A stretch of 64,000 nucleotides of DNA from Felis catus (GCF_018350175.1 NC_058383.1:41168001-41232000); one strand, 5' to 3'; counted from the stretch's first letter, positions 12,790 to 25,484 are shown. Translations and numbers: made by a program. The notes: generated by a model from the sequence alone, not told the origin.

Positions 12790-13620
12790 GCCACAGTTCA
12801 AAAAAGAAAAAAAGGGGAAAAGGAAGAAAGAAAATATAATTGCCAGTGAAGATGTGGAGGAACTGGAACCCTAAATACTGCTGGTGGAACAGAGAATAGG
12901 TCAGCTACTGTGGAGAAGAGTCCGGCAATGAGTTCCTCAACGCGTTAGAATTCTGTAACCCAACGACTACATTCCTAGATACATACCCAAGAGAACTGAA
13001 AGCAAGAACTCCGATACTTGTGCACACACGTTTATAGCTGCATTTTTCACAATAGCCAGAGGGTGAAAACAACCAAATATCCATCAGCAGCTGGATGGAT
13101 AGACTGAAGACAAAATAGAGAAAACAGTATGGAGGTTCCTCCAAAAATTAAATACCATATGATCCAATAATTCCACTAGTGTGTGTTTATCCAGGGGAAG
13201 TGAAAACACTGATTTGAAGAGCTCTCTGCACTCCAGTGTTTTTTTGCAGCATTATATACGAACAAAATGTGGTCTCTTCATGCAATGAAATATTACTCAG
13301 CCATAAAAATGACTGAAATTCTGATGCATACTATAGCATGGATGAGCCTTGAGAACATTATGTTAAGTGAAAACGAAGCCAGAGACAACAGATCACATAT
13401 ATGAACTATCTAGCATCAGTTCCGTACAGACAGTAGACAAATGATCTTCAGAGGTTCTGGGGGAGGAATGGGAGTGACCTGGGGCACAGGGCTTCTGGGG
13501 CGATGAAAAGGTTTGTAACTAGATAGTGGTGTTGGTTGCATAGTATGAATGTGCTAAATGCCACCGAATTGTATGCCCTAAAGTGGTGTAAAGGTTAACT
13601 TTGTTTTATTTATTGTTTAT
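12790..13620 (+). mobile_element. Old LINE-1 (L1M-type) 3' fragment
   Basis: gatgtggaggaactggaaccc, catacccaagagaactgaaagca, tattactcagccataaaaa motifs of the L1 ORF2 end and 3'UTR. Confidence 0.75.
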
Positions 13621-14473
13621 ATTAAAAACAGCAAAACCCACATTCAGAAGGAGGTGGAGAGACTACAGAAGGGTATGAACACCAGGAGGTGGGGATCCTG
13701 AGGTACTTTTCTCACTGGCACTTTTTGAGTCTGTGCTTTTTCTTTGTCCATGTGTCCAGTCTTTATCCTTTGCCGGGATCAATGAAGTCACTTATGGTCG
13801 ATATAGTTAACATATTTGGTCTTGTTGACACCATCTTATTTTGAGCTTTCCCCTTGCCATGCCCATTCTATTTCCATTTTTGCCCCTTTTTGAGGGGATT
13901 GTTTTAGAATAGTTTTTAATCATTTTATTAATTTTTAAACAAATGTTTACTTACTTATTTTTGAAAGAGAGAGAACAAAAGCAGGGGAGGGGCAGAGACA
14001 CAGAATCCGAAGCAGGCCCCAGTGCAGACCCCGACACGGGGTTAGAACTCAAGGACTGTGAGATTGTGACCTGAGCTGAAGTCAGACGCTTAACCAATTG
14101 AGTCACCNNNNNNNNNNNNNNNNNNNNNNNNNNNNNNNNNNNNNNNNNNNNNNNNNNNNNNNNNNNNNNNNNNNNNNNNNNNNNNNNNNNNNNNNNNNNN
14201 NNNNNNNNNNNNNNNNNNNNNNNNNNNNNNNNNNNNNNNNNNNNNNNNNNNNNCTGTGCCGTCAGCAAAAAGCCCAACATGGGACTTGATTCCATAAACT
14301 GAGATCGTGACCTGAGCTGAAACCAAGAATTGGACCTTAACTGAGCCATCCAGGTGCCCCTGTTTTAGAGTGTTTTAACTTCCTACTTTTTTCTCTCCAT
14401 TACTTTGGAAGTCAGACATTCCATTTCTATTTCATGGTTGCTCCAGAATTGACAACGTATGTGCTTAGTGTAT

Positions 14474-15583
14474 TGTGGTATGCTAGCTGAATAATAGCCA
14501 CCAAAGATATCCAGCTCCTAATCCCTGGAACCTGTGAATGTGGCTTTATATGGCAAAAGGCTTTGGAAGGTGTGATTAAGAATTTTGAGATGGGGAGGGG
14601 CACCTGGGTGGCTCAATCGGCTAAACGTCTGGCTTTGGCTCAGGTCATGATCTCACGGTTCATGGGTTCGAGCCGTATGTTGGGCTCTTCTGACAACTGG
14701 GAGCCTGGAGCCTGCTTTGGATTCTGTGTCTCCCTCTCTCTCTGCCACTGCCCCATCTCATTTTCTCTCTCTGTCTCTCTCAGAAGTAAACATGAAAAAA
14801 AAAATTTTAATTTTTGAGATGGAGAAATTATTTTGGATTATCCAGATAGGCCTACTGTAATCACATGGGTCCTTATTAGAGGCAGGCAAGGGGATATGTG
14901 ACTACAGAAGAAAGCAAGATACTCCTAGCTTTACGGATGGAGGAAGAGGCCCAGAACCAAGGAATGCAATTCTAGGAGCTGGAAAAGCAAGGAAATGGAT
15001 TTCCCCCCAGAGCTTCCTGAAGGAGGAGCACAATCCATCTGACATACTGACTTCAGCATAGTGAGACTGAGTTTGGACTTCTGCCCTCCCAAACTGTAAT
15101 ACGAGAATGGATTTGTGGTGTTGTTTTAATGTTTATTTTTGAGAGGAAGAGAGCACAGGCGGGGGAGGAGGAGAAAGGGGCAGAGGCAGAATCCCAAGCA
15201 GGCTGCTCCTGTCAACACGGAGCTGGGTGTAGAGCTCGAACTCAGGAACTGTGACATCATGGCCTGAGCTGAAATCAAGAGTTGGACACTTGGGGTACCT
15301 GGGTGGCTCAGTCGGTTAAGCGTCCAACTTTGGCTCAGGTCATGATCTCATGGTTTGTGGGTTTGAGCCCCACATCGGGCTCTACGCTGTCAGTGCGGAG
15401 CCTGCTTGGGATTCTCTCTCCTCTCTCTGCCCCTTCCCCATATGCACTCTCTCTGTATCTCAAAATAAATAAAAAGACTTAAAAAAAAAAGTTGGACACT
15501 TAACCGACTGAGTGACCCAGGCGCCCCAAATTTGTGTTGTTTTAAGTCACTAAGTTTGTTAGCCAGCAATAGGAAAGTAATAC
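14474..15583 (+). mobile_element. MaLR LTR (MLT1-type) interrupted by nested Can-SINEs (about 14597-14805 and 15125-15527)
   Basis: ctaatccctggaacctgtgaatgt...tatggcaaaagg, agctggaaaagcaaggaaatggatt, ...agcaataggaaagtaataca terminus. Confidence 0.7.
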
Positions 15584-16012
15584 AACTAGCAAAACCTAAA
15601 GTTAATAAAAACATGTTTCCCTCCCAGATGACATAAGGACTTAAGAGCACTTAACTGCCATTGAGTCATGACTTAATTCTGACTTAGTTATTAATATCTG
15701 GTGTTTTATGTCTGTAGGTTTTTTTTTTTTCCTTTCTAATCTCATATGTGATTTTGTATACAATCAGTGTTTGTGTTAGCACGTTGTTTGTTATTCATTC
15801 CTTCTTACATCTCAGGCTTCTCCCCAGGCTCACTGTCCTTCTGCCTGTAGTGCATCCTTTAGTAGAGTCAGGATAGGGTGAGGCAGGATCCAGAGAATTT
15901 AATTCAGATCTATTTTTAAGTTCACTATTTCTCTCTGTGACTATGTTTTATCTGTTACACTTAGCCATTGAATATTTATTTATTTAATGTTTACATTAAA
16001 AAAATTTATTTT

Positions 16013-16640
16013 AGGGGCTCCTGGGTGGCTCAGTTGGTTAAGTGGCCAACTTTGGCTCATGTCATGATCTTGTGGTTCATGAGTTTGAGCCCCCGCATCG
16101 GGCTCTCTACTGTCAGAGTAGAGCCCCATTCAGGTCCTCTGTCTCCCAATCTCTCTGCCCCTCCCCCCCTCTCTCATGCACTCTCTCTCTCTCTCAAAAA
16201 TAAACTTTTCAAAATAATAAAATTTTATTTTAGAGAGAGAGAACATGGACCGGGGGTGGGGGGTGGGGGGAGGAGAGAGAGAGAATCCCAAGCAGGCTCC
16301 ACACTCAGCATGGAGGCTGATGCAGGGCTCCATTCCACAACCGTGGGATCATGACCTGAGCCAAAATCAAGAGTCAGACTCTCAACCAACTGAGCCACCC
16401 AGGCACCCCGGGATTTGGGGTTTTTTTTTTTTAATGTTTTTTTAATGTTTACTTTTGAGAGAGAGAGAGAGTGTGAGCCAAGGAGGGGCTGGGATAGAGG
16501 GAGACACAGAAATCTGAAGTAGGCTCCAGGCTCCGAGCTATTAGCACAGAGCCCAATCCGGGGCTTGAACCCACGAACCGTGAGAACATGACCAGAGCCC
16601 AAGTTAGATGCTTAACCAACCGAGCCACCCAGGTGCCCTG
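16013..16640. mobile_element. Cluster of three Can-SINEs (+ 16013-16210; - 16220-16410; - 16420-16640)
   Basis: Three SINE heads with CT-rich bodies and A/T tails. Confidence 0.85.
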
Positions 16641-17899
16641 CCCTTTGTGGCCTACAGTAAAGTGCCTTTATCTAGGAAGGACTTACTTCCTACTGCCAGG
16701 TGCCTATGAGGGAGTTCAGGATCGTTTTAAATGAGATCCATAGCCTGAGATTTTGAGGGACCATTCAGGTGATACAAACTTGGGCTGCAGAGCCATGAGT
16801 GTCAACATCAGATTTCGATTTATCAGGAAAAGATGTTCCCTTTTCTGCTTACCACCAAGGTATTTTTTTTTTAGGCCCCCTTTTTGGGGAAAGGAGAGAA
16901 TTCTCCAGTAGGTGTAGCCTTTTGGGGCCCGAGCTTTATGGGGAAGAGTCACCTATGGAGCACATCACCTTATACTGCCCCCTTTTTTACCTATGAAGAA
17001 GAAAATTCTAGCCCAATGTTACTAGTTTTGGCAAATACCTCAGGACCCAAGTAGTTTAGGTGCTGTGATAACCTCTCCCTCTCTGAGTCCTCGCCTTTAC
17101 TTGGTTTCTGGCCAGAAGGTTCCTTATCCTCTTCTTTGCTCTTTGATGCTTTTAGGACTATTTAATCTGGATGTCTGACTGGTTCAGTCAATAGAGCATA
17201 TGACACTTGATCTCAGGGTTGTAAGTTGAAACCCCACATTGGATATAGAGCTTTATTTTTTATTATTTTTTATTTTTTTAATGTTTGTTATTGAGAGACA
17301 GAGGCAGAGCATGAGCGTGGGAGGGACAGAGAGAGGAGGAGACACAATCTGAAGCAGGCTCCAGGCCCCGAGCTATCAGCACAGAGCCCGATGCGGGGCT
17401 GGAACTCACGAACTGTGAGATCATGACCTGAGCCGAAGTCGGTGGCTCAACCAACTGAGACACCCAGGCGCCCCTGGGTATAGAGCTTTAAAACAAAAAC
17501 AAAAACAAAAAAACCCATTGAAACCATTTGTCCAGTATTTGTAGTTAGCTGAAGTGAAACTGTGGCCTCTGTTCCCAGGTTGGAAATGCCTGCTCAGAGC
17601 AGTCCGTGTTGGAGCACTGTCAAGGCCCACAGCCCTGAAGGAGGAGCTGAGTGTCTGGAAGAAGTATCCTGCTCTCCCCTCCACCCCCCCAGATAAAGAC
17701 GGAAAAAATGGGCAAGTAATTTCAGTGCATAAGATGAACTAAAAGTCGTCTACAGATCTCCAGAGGAAGGCTTCTGTGGGCTAATCTGATGACGGATACC
17801 ACAGCAGGAAAATAGGGACGGACACAAATGGGCAGTTCACCGGTGCTGGGGCAGGACTCGTCTCCTCCCACCAGGTCCAGAGTCTGGAGGAGGGGCTTT

Positions 17900-19140
17900 C
17901 CTGCCGGGGCCCCCGAGGCCCCCCGGGACCCCCAGGCCCCCAGGCCCCCAGGCCCCTCCAGCAGCACACGGGTCGGGACCTGCGCAGGTTCTGCCGGCAG
18001 GGGGCGCCGCTCCCTCACGTTCCCAGAGGCCGGGACGGGCCGCATGCACCTGGAAGGAGTCCGGGCCTCGCCCGCTGAGGGTGGGGGCGACCTAAACCTT
18101 CCCTCGATCGCCCAGTGCGCCCGGGTCTAACGACGGTGGGGTGCGACTCCGGCGTCTCCGAGACCCCCCCACTCCGCAGACCCGCGCACGCCCCCAGAGA
18201 GAACACGCGCATGCAGGCTGAGGCTTTCTTGCGGGGACTTTACTCAAACTCTGGAACTCGCGGGAGGGGCGGCTGGGCGGCGGGCGCCCCTCTCCGAGTT
18301 TAGCCGTAGCTGGAGGCCAGCGCCGAGATCACGTGGCTCAGAAACTTTTCCAGCGAGGCGTGCATGGCCGGGCTGAAGTCTCCAGGGTAGTGCCGGGCGA
18401 GGGTCACCAGCAGGCAGTGGCCCAGGAGCTGCGGAGAGAGGCAGTCGTCCCGCCCGGGGCCGTCCTTCTCCACCCCCTTTCTCGGCGACCGCTGACCCAG
18501 CGCCGGCCCGGTGCTCACCTTGAAGTTGACGGGGTCCACACGCAGCTGGCGCACGTGCAGGTCGCTCAGAGCCCACAGGGCGGTAGGCAGGTCGTCCAGG
18601 TGGGCCACGGCCCGCGTCAGCGCGTCGGCCACCTTCTTGCCGTGGGCCTTGACCTGGGCGGAGCCGGGGGTCAGGTCGAAGTGGGGGAAGTAGGTCTTGG
18701 TGGTCGGGAAGGCCAGGAAGGTCCTGCGGGAGGAATGGCTAGTGAGGTACGATCCGAGGGCGAGGGGGGTGGGGGGGGAGGCTTGGGGAGGAAGGGCACC
18801 AGGAGCGGGGGGGGGGGGGGGACGGCATCCGCGGGGCAGGCGCCAAGGCGGGGAGCCGGAGGGGCGCCGGGACCTGTTCGCCCGCACCTCTCCAGGGCCT
18901 CGGTCGCGTAGACCCCAACGTTGCTCCCCAGCTTCGTCCACAGCGCGCGCACTGCCGCCCTCTCCGCGGCGGACAGCACCATCGCGGATCCGGCGTTGAG
19001 CGGCGAGCGCTCCGCGCCGGATGGCAGCACGGACGCGATTGGTGCGTCCCCGCGGCCTCCAGGGGGCGCCACGCCGCGGCCGCGCCCCGCTTCTGCTCGT
19101 AGAATAGTCCTGAGGGGTCCCGGCCCCGGTGCTGAGGGGT
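17900..19140. promoter_or_regulatory. CpG island over HBQ1, with CCAAT box (19038-19042) and CTCF-like motifs at 17994-18007 and 19056-19069
   Basis: Dense CpG; CCGGCAGGGGGCGC and CCTCCAGGGGGCGC resemble the CTCF core; no TATA box between CCAAT and ATG. Confidence 0.7.
18300..18982 (-). CDS. HBQ1: Theta-globin; exons 18982-18888, 18723-18519, 18428-18300
   Basis: 95/205/129-nt exons, GT-AG introns; [142 protein letters not shown]; theta-diagnostic KLGSNVGVY and [11 protein letters not shown]; variant polyA signal AGTAAA at 18244-18239. Confidence 0.95.
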
Positions 19141-20974
19141 CCCAGAGTCTGGGACCTGCCCTATTGCCATGAACCCCGCGGCCCCATTTTTGTACTGTTT
19201 ATTATATGGAAACTAATAATTTGTTATTATCATCAGGGGACACTGAATTTTATTCTCCCTCCCTTCCTCCCCAGACTATTATGACATCTCTCTGAGTCTA
19301 TTTTCGCACTGATTGTAAAAAAGGAACATAAAAATGTCCTCTTCCCAAGGTTGCTGTGAGAATTAAGCAGATAACAACTGTCAAGCGCATGGCATATGTT
19401 CCTTTCCGGGCGGTAAACATTTATTAAGTTCCTCCACTGTATCTCAGTGATGATACTTGCCAGGTGCCACTCTATGCATTAAAAAAAAATTTCTTGGAAA
19501 ATTCATATAACATAAAATTTACCGTAGTAGCCATTTTAAAGTGTACAATTCAGTGTCTTTAACCACATTCACACAATGTTGTGCAACCACAACTATCTAG
19601 TACTTGAACTTCATCATCCGAAATGGAAACTTTGTGCCCATTAGCAGTCGCTCCACAACCCTTCCCCTCAGTCCCTGGCAACCACCAGTCTGCTCTCTGT
19701 CTATGGATTTGCCTTTTCTGGATATTTCCTCTATGTGGAATCACACGCTATATATTCTTTTGTGTCTGGCTTCTTTCATTTAGCATGTTTTTGCTCACAT
19801 TGTAGCCTGTGTCAGTGCTCCATAGCTCTTAATGGCTGAATAATATTCCACTGTATGGATAGACTACACTTGATTCCTCCGTTCATCCCCTTATGGACAT
19901 TTGGGTTGTTTCCACCTTTAGCCCAGGGCCTCGTTTTTCCCTAATAATAAAAGAAGGAGACTGCCTCTTCCTGGGAGCTCACACTGTGCCACCAGCTCTG
20001 TTAAAAGTAGCACAAACTGAGGCAGAGACCTGCCATATCATTTTCCAAGGATGACTCTTAGACAGGAAAGAAAGGACACTGCTGTTAGTTGGGGGCTCAG
20101 GCCTGGATGGCTGCCAGGACCAGACCCCTAAGCACTAGCGGCTTGCCGTGAGGGGGGGAAGAGTGTGAGAGTGCAGGCTCCCAGGCCCTGGCTTTTCTCT
20201 TTGCTGCCCTGCCAGGGGGAGTCGGTGGGCCTCAGGAGTGCCAGCCTCTGGGCATTGAAGTAAATGCTGAGCTGGGCCCAAAACCAGGCCTCTGGATCCA
20301 TGGTGCCCCAGGCCGTCATCATCTGCAGAGTGAATGTCCTGGAAGTGACACCAGTGAAAGAGATGCCTCCAGGAAATTGCCTGCCAACTGCCATTGGCAC
20401 AATGTCGTCGGGATTGCATGTGTGTTTTGTAAGCGCTTGACAGGTGTAGGGGCACTGCGGGGGACTCTGAGGAGCGTAACTTCTGGTCTTCCCCACCGCC
20501 CAACTTCAGGAAGAGCCACGGAGAGCTCAGACGTCCAGGCTGGAGGCCCATCAGCTCTCAGCCCAAGTGTGTGCCATAAAACGTAAAGATGGAAAATCAG
20601 TTCATCATTCGAGCAAATCCGAGCTCCAATGGAAAGGTCTGAAGTGAAACGCAGGAAATGGCACTCATTCCAGAGAGAGGGATGGGCGGTGGCCTGCAAA
20701 TCCCGTACTGGCAGCAGGTCCGGCCCCACTACCCTCCCCTTCCGTAGCCTCCCTCAGAGTCAGAGAGGTCGCTGGTACCAGTGGAGGAGAATCACCGCTC
20801 CCCCACCCCCCCAACCTCACCCCCCTCCACGACACGACACACGAAGGCCAGCGACAAAGAAGACAGAGGCGGACAGAGGCTGCAGCCCACTCAGACTTTA
20901 TTCAAAGATCAGGAAGTTCGGGTGCCCGGAGCCCAAGAGGCCCCGGGCCCTCAGGACGATCGCCCCGGCTTCAC

Positions 20975-21661
20975 TCAACGGTATTTGGAGGTCAGCACGG
21001 TGCTCACAGCGCTGAAGAACTTGTCCAGGGAGGCGTGGACGGCGGGGGTGAATTCCGCGGGGTGGTGGCAGGCCAGGGTCACCAGCAGGCAGTGGCTCAG
21101 GAACTGCGGGGAGGGGGGACGTCAGGGGGCGTCGGGGGACGCGGCTGCCCGCACTCCACCTTCTGGAACCCAAGGGACTCTGCCCTCCTGCCAGCAGGGT
21201 CCGGCGAGCCCTCCACCCCAGATGGCCCCCAGCCCGGTGCTCACCTTGAAGTTGACGGGGTCCACACGCAGCTTGTACGCGTGCAGGTCGCTCAGAGCCG
21301 ACATGGCGGTAGGCAGGTCGTCCATGTGGGCCACGGCCTGCGTCAGCGCATCGGCCACCTTCTGGCCGTGGGCCTTGACCTGGGCGGAGCCGTGGCTCAG
21401 GTCGAAGTGGGGGAAGTAGGTCTTGGTGGTGGGGAAGGAGCAGAAGGTCCTGCCGGGAGGAAGAGGTGGGCGAGCCACGGTTAGGCGGGGCGGCGCAGGA
21501 CAAGGATCGCGAGGGGTCGCTGAGCCCCGGGTGCCGGGTGCCCACAGGGGCAAGTTGGGTGCTCACCTCTCCAGGGCCTCTGCGCCATATTCGCCAGCAT
21601 GGGACCCAATCTTACCCCAGCAGGCCTTGACGTTGCTCTTGTCGGCGGCAGACAGCACCAT
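20975..21661 (-). CDS. HBA1: Adult alpha-globin, 3' copy; exons 21661-21567, 21449-21245, 21103-20975
   Basis: [142 protein letters not shown]; CATAAA 21729-21724, CCAAT 21772-21768, AATAAA 20902-20897. HBA1/HBA2 numbering is positional only. Confidence 0.98.
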
Positions 21662-24600
21662 GGTTGGTTCTCTCTGAGTCTGTGTCGGGACCAGAAGGTG
21701 CGGGGCCGCGAGGGCGCGGAGCCTTTATGCCCCGGGCGCGCGGGGCGCGCCTGCCCGGGCTGCGCTCATTGGCTGGCGCGGGGCCGACTCGGCCGGACGG
21801 CAGGGGGCGCCAGCGAGCGGCCAGCGCCAGCCTGGCGCGGTGGGGGCTTTGCTCCAGGCTTTGCAGAGGGTTCGGGTGTCTTCCTCCCATCCGCCTCTTC
21901 ACGGCCATGGCAGTGGTATCCTAGACCCCAGTTAGTGGGGGTCGGTTTGCTGAGGTGGCTCGATGCCCCTTCTTCCAACACGTGAGCTCAGTGACACCCT
22001 TCAGGGTCCCCGAGCGCCCCTATCCCCAGGCTGTGCTCTCCTGAGGATAGGAAGAGAGTAGTCAGTTTGTGCCACCTACCCTGATCTAGGCTTGGCACTC
22101 CCCGGACGTGTATTAACTTGGGCGGAATCAGTGAAAGAATGGGCGGTTAGTCGTGGAAAGAAAGGCCTCTCTTAGCCCAGGGCGGAAAGAGATGTGCACA
22201 CGAGGGGGTCCTTCCTCACATGTACTCGAGAATTCCCACCCAATAGCCCTTCTGCTCCCCTCAGACTTGGTTCTCCCAACCCCCTTTCTTTACACAAATA
22301 GCCATCGACTGCCACTGAGTGCCGATCGCAGAAGGAGCAAATACCAAGGGGCAGAGTTTGCAGGGCTGGGTAGGAGAGTTCCAGGCGCAAGCTCCTTCCT
22401 CCAGGGTGGCGGCTGCTGCACCCCAGGTCAGGGACTCACAGAGGCAGGCCTCTCCTATCTGAGACCTTGCGTGAACGGCTGTCTCTCTCCCCCGCTGTCC
22501 TGGGTCACAATGACACATCCAGTGCTGTAAACTGTGCCTGACACAAGACTCATGAGGCAAATAGTAGTTGAATTGATAAACAAAGCGAATGGCTGGACAA
22601 GGCCTGAGTTTCCAGCCTAGTTAGGGACAGTGACCAAATCATCACACAAGTACACATACAGTGGAAAACCTTGTTAAAGGACCCAAGGAAGCACGGAGGA
22701 AGTGGATGAGGCTTTCAGGGACATCAGGGTTAGTCTGGGGGTCATGGTGGGCTTCCCTGAGGAAGTAAGACTGGAAGATGAGTCAGTAATAGGCAGAGTA
22801 GAGTTCAGGGGGAGCTACCCATCACTTGGTGGAGGGGAAGGGGAGAGAAGGCCTCTGTGGCCGCAGAATGGGGGTGAGAGATGCGGGGGTGATAAGGCTG
22901 GTTAGACCCCACAGCATGGGGCAAGGGAGGAGCTTCCGGTGGGGTGGTAAGAAGGGGCAGGAACTCCAGCTGGTGACAAGTCCCTTGGGCTAGTAGGTGG
23001 TGTGATGGGCACGATGAGGCGGAACATCAGAGCTTGGCGAGGGGAAAAGGGAGGGAGGGGCCACCGCTACGTCCTTTCCTGGGAAGAAGACTTCCCTTTG
23101 GGGACGGGTGGGGGGGCACCACCCTCTGCCCCCATCCCTCTCCTAGGGCCCTCCCGCAAGACCTTCCCTGTGTGTCCAGGAAGAAGTAATGGTCAGACTG
23201 GGAAGAAAGAAGCTCTGGACAAGTCTCAGCAATTCCCCCTTCTGCTCCACCTCCTGGTGTCTGTTCCTCTAATTTTGTTCACACAGGACCCTCCCCCTAG
23301 CTCAGTCCACTTTCCCTTCCTACCTCCACGCTTTTCCCGATTCTGTCAGAGCCAGAGGCCCTCTCCTGGCCCCCCCAAAAAGGATAAGACACTGGGGGCT
23401 TAGAGGCATACAAGACCCACCTCGCAGGCCAGGGACAATGCCCCCTTCTTCATCTTGTTCCAATCCCTCTGCCACTGAGTCCTTCTAAGGCAAGACTGAG
23501 GAACATATCTCAGCTAATGGCTTACATTCTTAACATGGGCAGAGCTCCCACATATATATAAAAGGGAGAAACAAATGACTAATGGGAACAATGGACAAAG
23601 GATATTAACAGGAAATTAACAGAAATGTAGAAATGACCGGGCGCCTGGATGGCTCAGTTTGTTGAGCCACCAACTCTTTATTTCAGCTCAGGTCGTGATC
23701 TCACGTTGCATGGGATTAAGCTCCATGTCAGGCTTTGCTCTGACGGCAAGGATCCTGCTTGGGATTCTCTGTCTCCCCCTCTNNNNNNNNNNNNNNNNNN
23801 NNNNNNNNNNNNNNNNNNNNNNNNNNNNNNNNNNNNNNNNNNNNNNNNNNNNNNNNNNNNNNNNNNNNNNNNNNNNNNNNNNNNNNNNNNNNNNNNNNNN
23901 NNNNNNNNNNNNNNNNNNNNNNNNNNNNNNNNNNNNNNNNNNNNNNNNATAAATCTGTGACATGAGAAAGAGCTGGATACGCTGCTGGAAGAGATGTAGT
24001 GGAGACACAGTTCCATGAGAAAAGCAGGTTGCAGAAAAATATCTAGGGTATGACGATACTTTTAACCAAAAAAGAAGAATGTAGTCATAGATGTAGCTGT
24101 GTCCCCTCAGCACAGGATAGAAGCCAGTGGGCTCAGTCCCAAACTGATAACTGTGTTACTTCTGCAGAGGTGTGGGACAGGGTGCAGCGACTCTCTTTCC
24201 CAACTTTGAATAACACAAAAATGGTGTATGTGGGTGTGCATGTGCACGTGGCTTGTGTGTGAAAGCATGGGCGAATTTTAGTTTATTTGTTTATAGTAGG
24301 CTCCATGCCCAGCACAGAGCCCAACAGGGGGCTTGAACTCACAACCACGACACTGAGATCAAGACCTGAGTTGAGATAAAGAGTTCGACGCTCAATCTAC
24401 TGAGCTACCCAGGTGCCCCCTTAGTTTACTTCTTAAGTGTTTTCTATATTTAAGTAAAAGCGAATTGGGCTCTGGGGCGCAGGAAGGGTGTGTAGTGCCG
24501 GAGGAGAGGCAACCCCCACTGTCCAGAGTGGGGAGCAAGGGGCTCTGTCACTGTCCTGAGACAACCCAGGACTGCGCGCTGCCCTGAGCTCAGACTGGGC

Positions 24601-25484
24601 TGGAGGCCCTGGTGGGGTCTCTAAGACGGTTGCAGAGCCCAGGTGGGGTGTGTGAAGTTGAGCCCAGGGCTTCAGCACTGCCGCCAGGGGACTTTCCAAA
24701 TATTGTTCACAGCACCGAGGCAGAACTTCTGGGGGGCCCCAGGAGCCTTGGGCGTTTGAATAGGGGGAGCAATGAGCTGGGGAACACCTGGCTGCACAAA
24801 CAGTGAGCTGTTAGTGTGCCTCACAACCTGCAGGACAAGGGAGCAAGGCGCTCTGCTAAAGGGCTTCCCCAAGTGCACCTTGACCATTCCCCCAGCTCAC
24901 TGCCCCACTCTTCTTCCCCGACTCTACCCCACCCCCGCTGTCCCCCGGAGGGTTACTGTGACCCAGGAAGGGTGGGAGGGGCTGCAACCCCCTTTCCAGC
25001 CCACCTTCCCTCTGATAGGAAGGAGGTGGGAATCTCCAAGAAACTGTCCAGCACCCGCATTTGCACCAGGAGTGCTGTGTTTTTGTGGTTTGTTTTGATC
25101 TAGACTGTTTAATGGGTGTTAGACTTCAAAAGAAGGTGGCAATCTTAAGACTCCCCTACCTCTTACCCCAGAGAGGGACCCTTGGAAGTCTGGCCCTTCC
25201 CAGGCCTGAACACGGTTCAGCACATTCCTGGAAGCATCAGCCTTACTCCCCTGCCCTCTCCCTCCAAAGTCAGAGAGGTCCCTGGTACCAGTGGAGGAGA
25301 ATCACCGCTCCCCCACCCCCCCAACCTCACCCCCCTCCACGACACGACACACGAAGGCCAGCGACAAAGAAGACAGAGGCGGACAGAGGCTGCAGCCCAC
25401 TCAGACTTTATTCAAAGATCAGGAAGTTCGGGTGCCCGGAGCCCAAGAGGCCCCGGGCCCTCAGGACGATCGCCCCGGCTTCAC

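Noticed and set aside
14597-14680. tRNA-like A/B boxes (GTGGCTCA..GG / GGTTCGAGCC) here and at many other sites
   Set aside because: These are heads of tRNA-derived Can-SINEs, not tRNA genes.
20951-20977. TGA stop in HBA followed by a second in-frame TGA 8 codons later, suggesting read-through
   Set aside because: The context TGA-GTG is not the leaky TGA-CTA type; there is no support.
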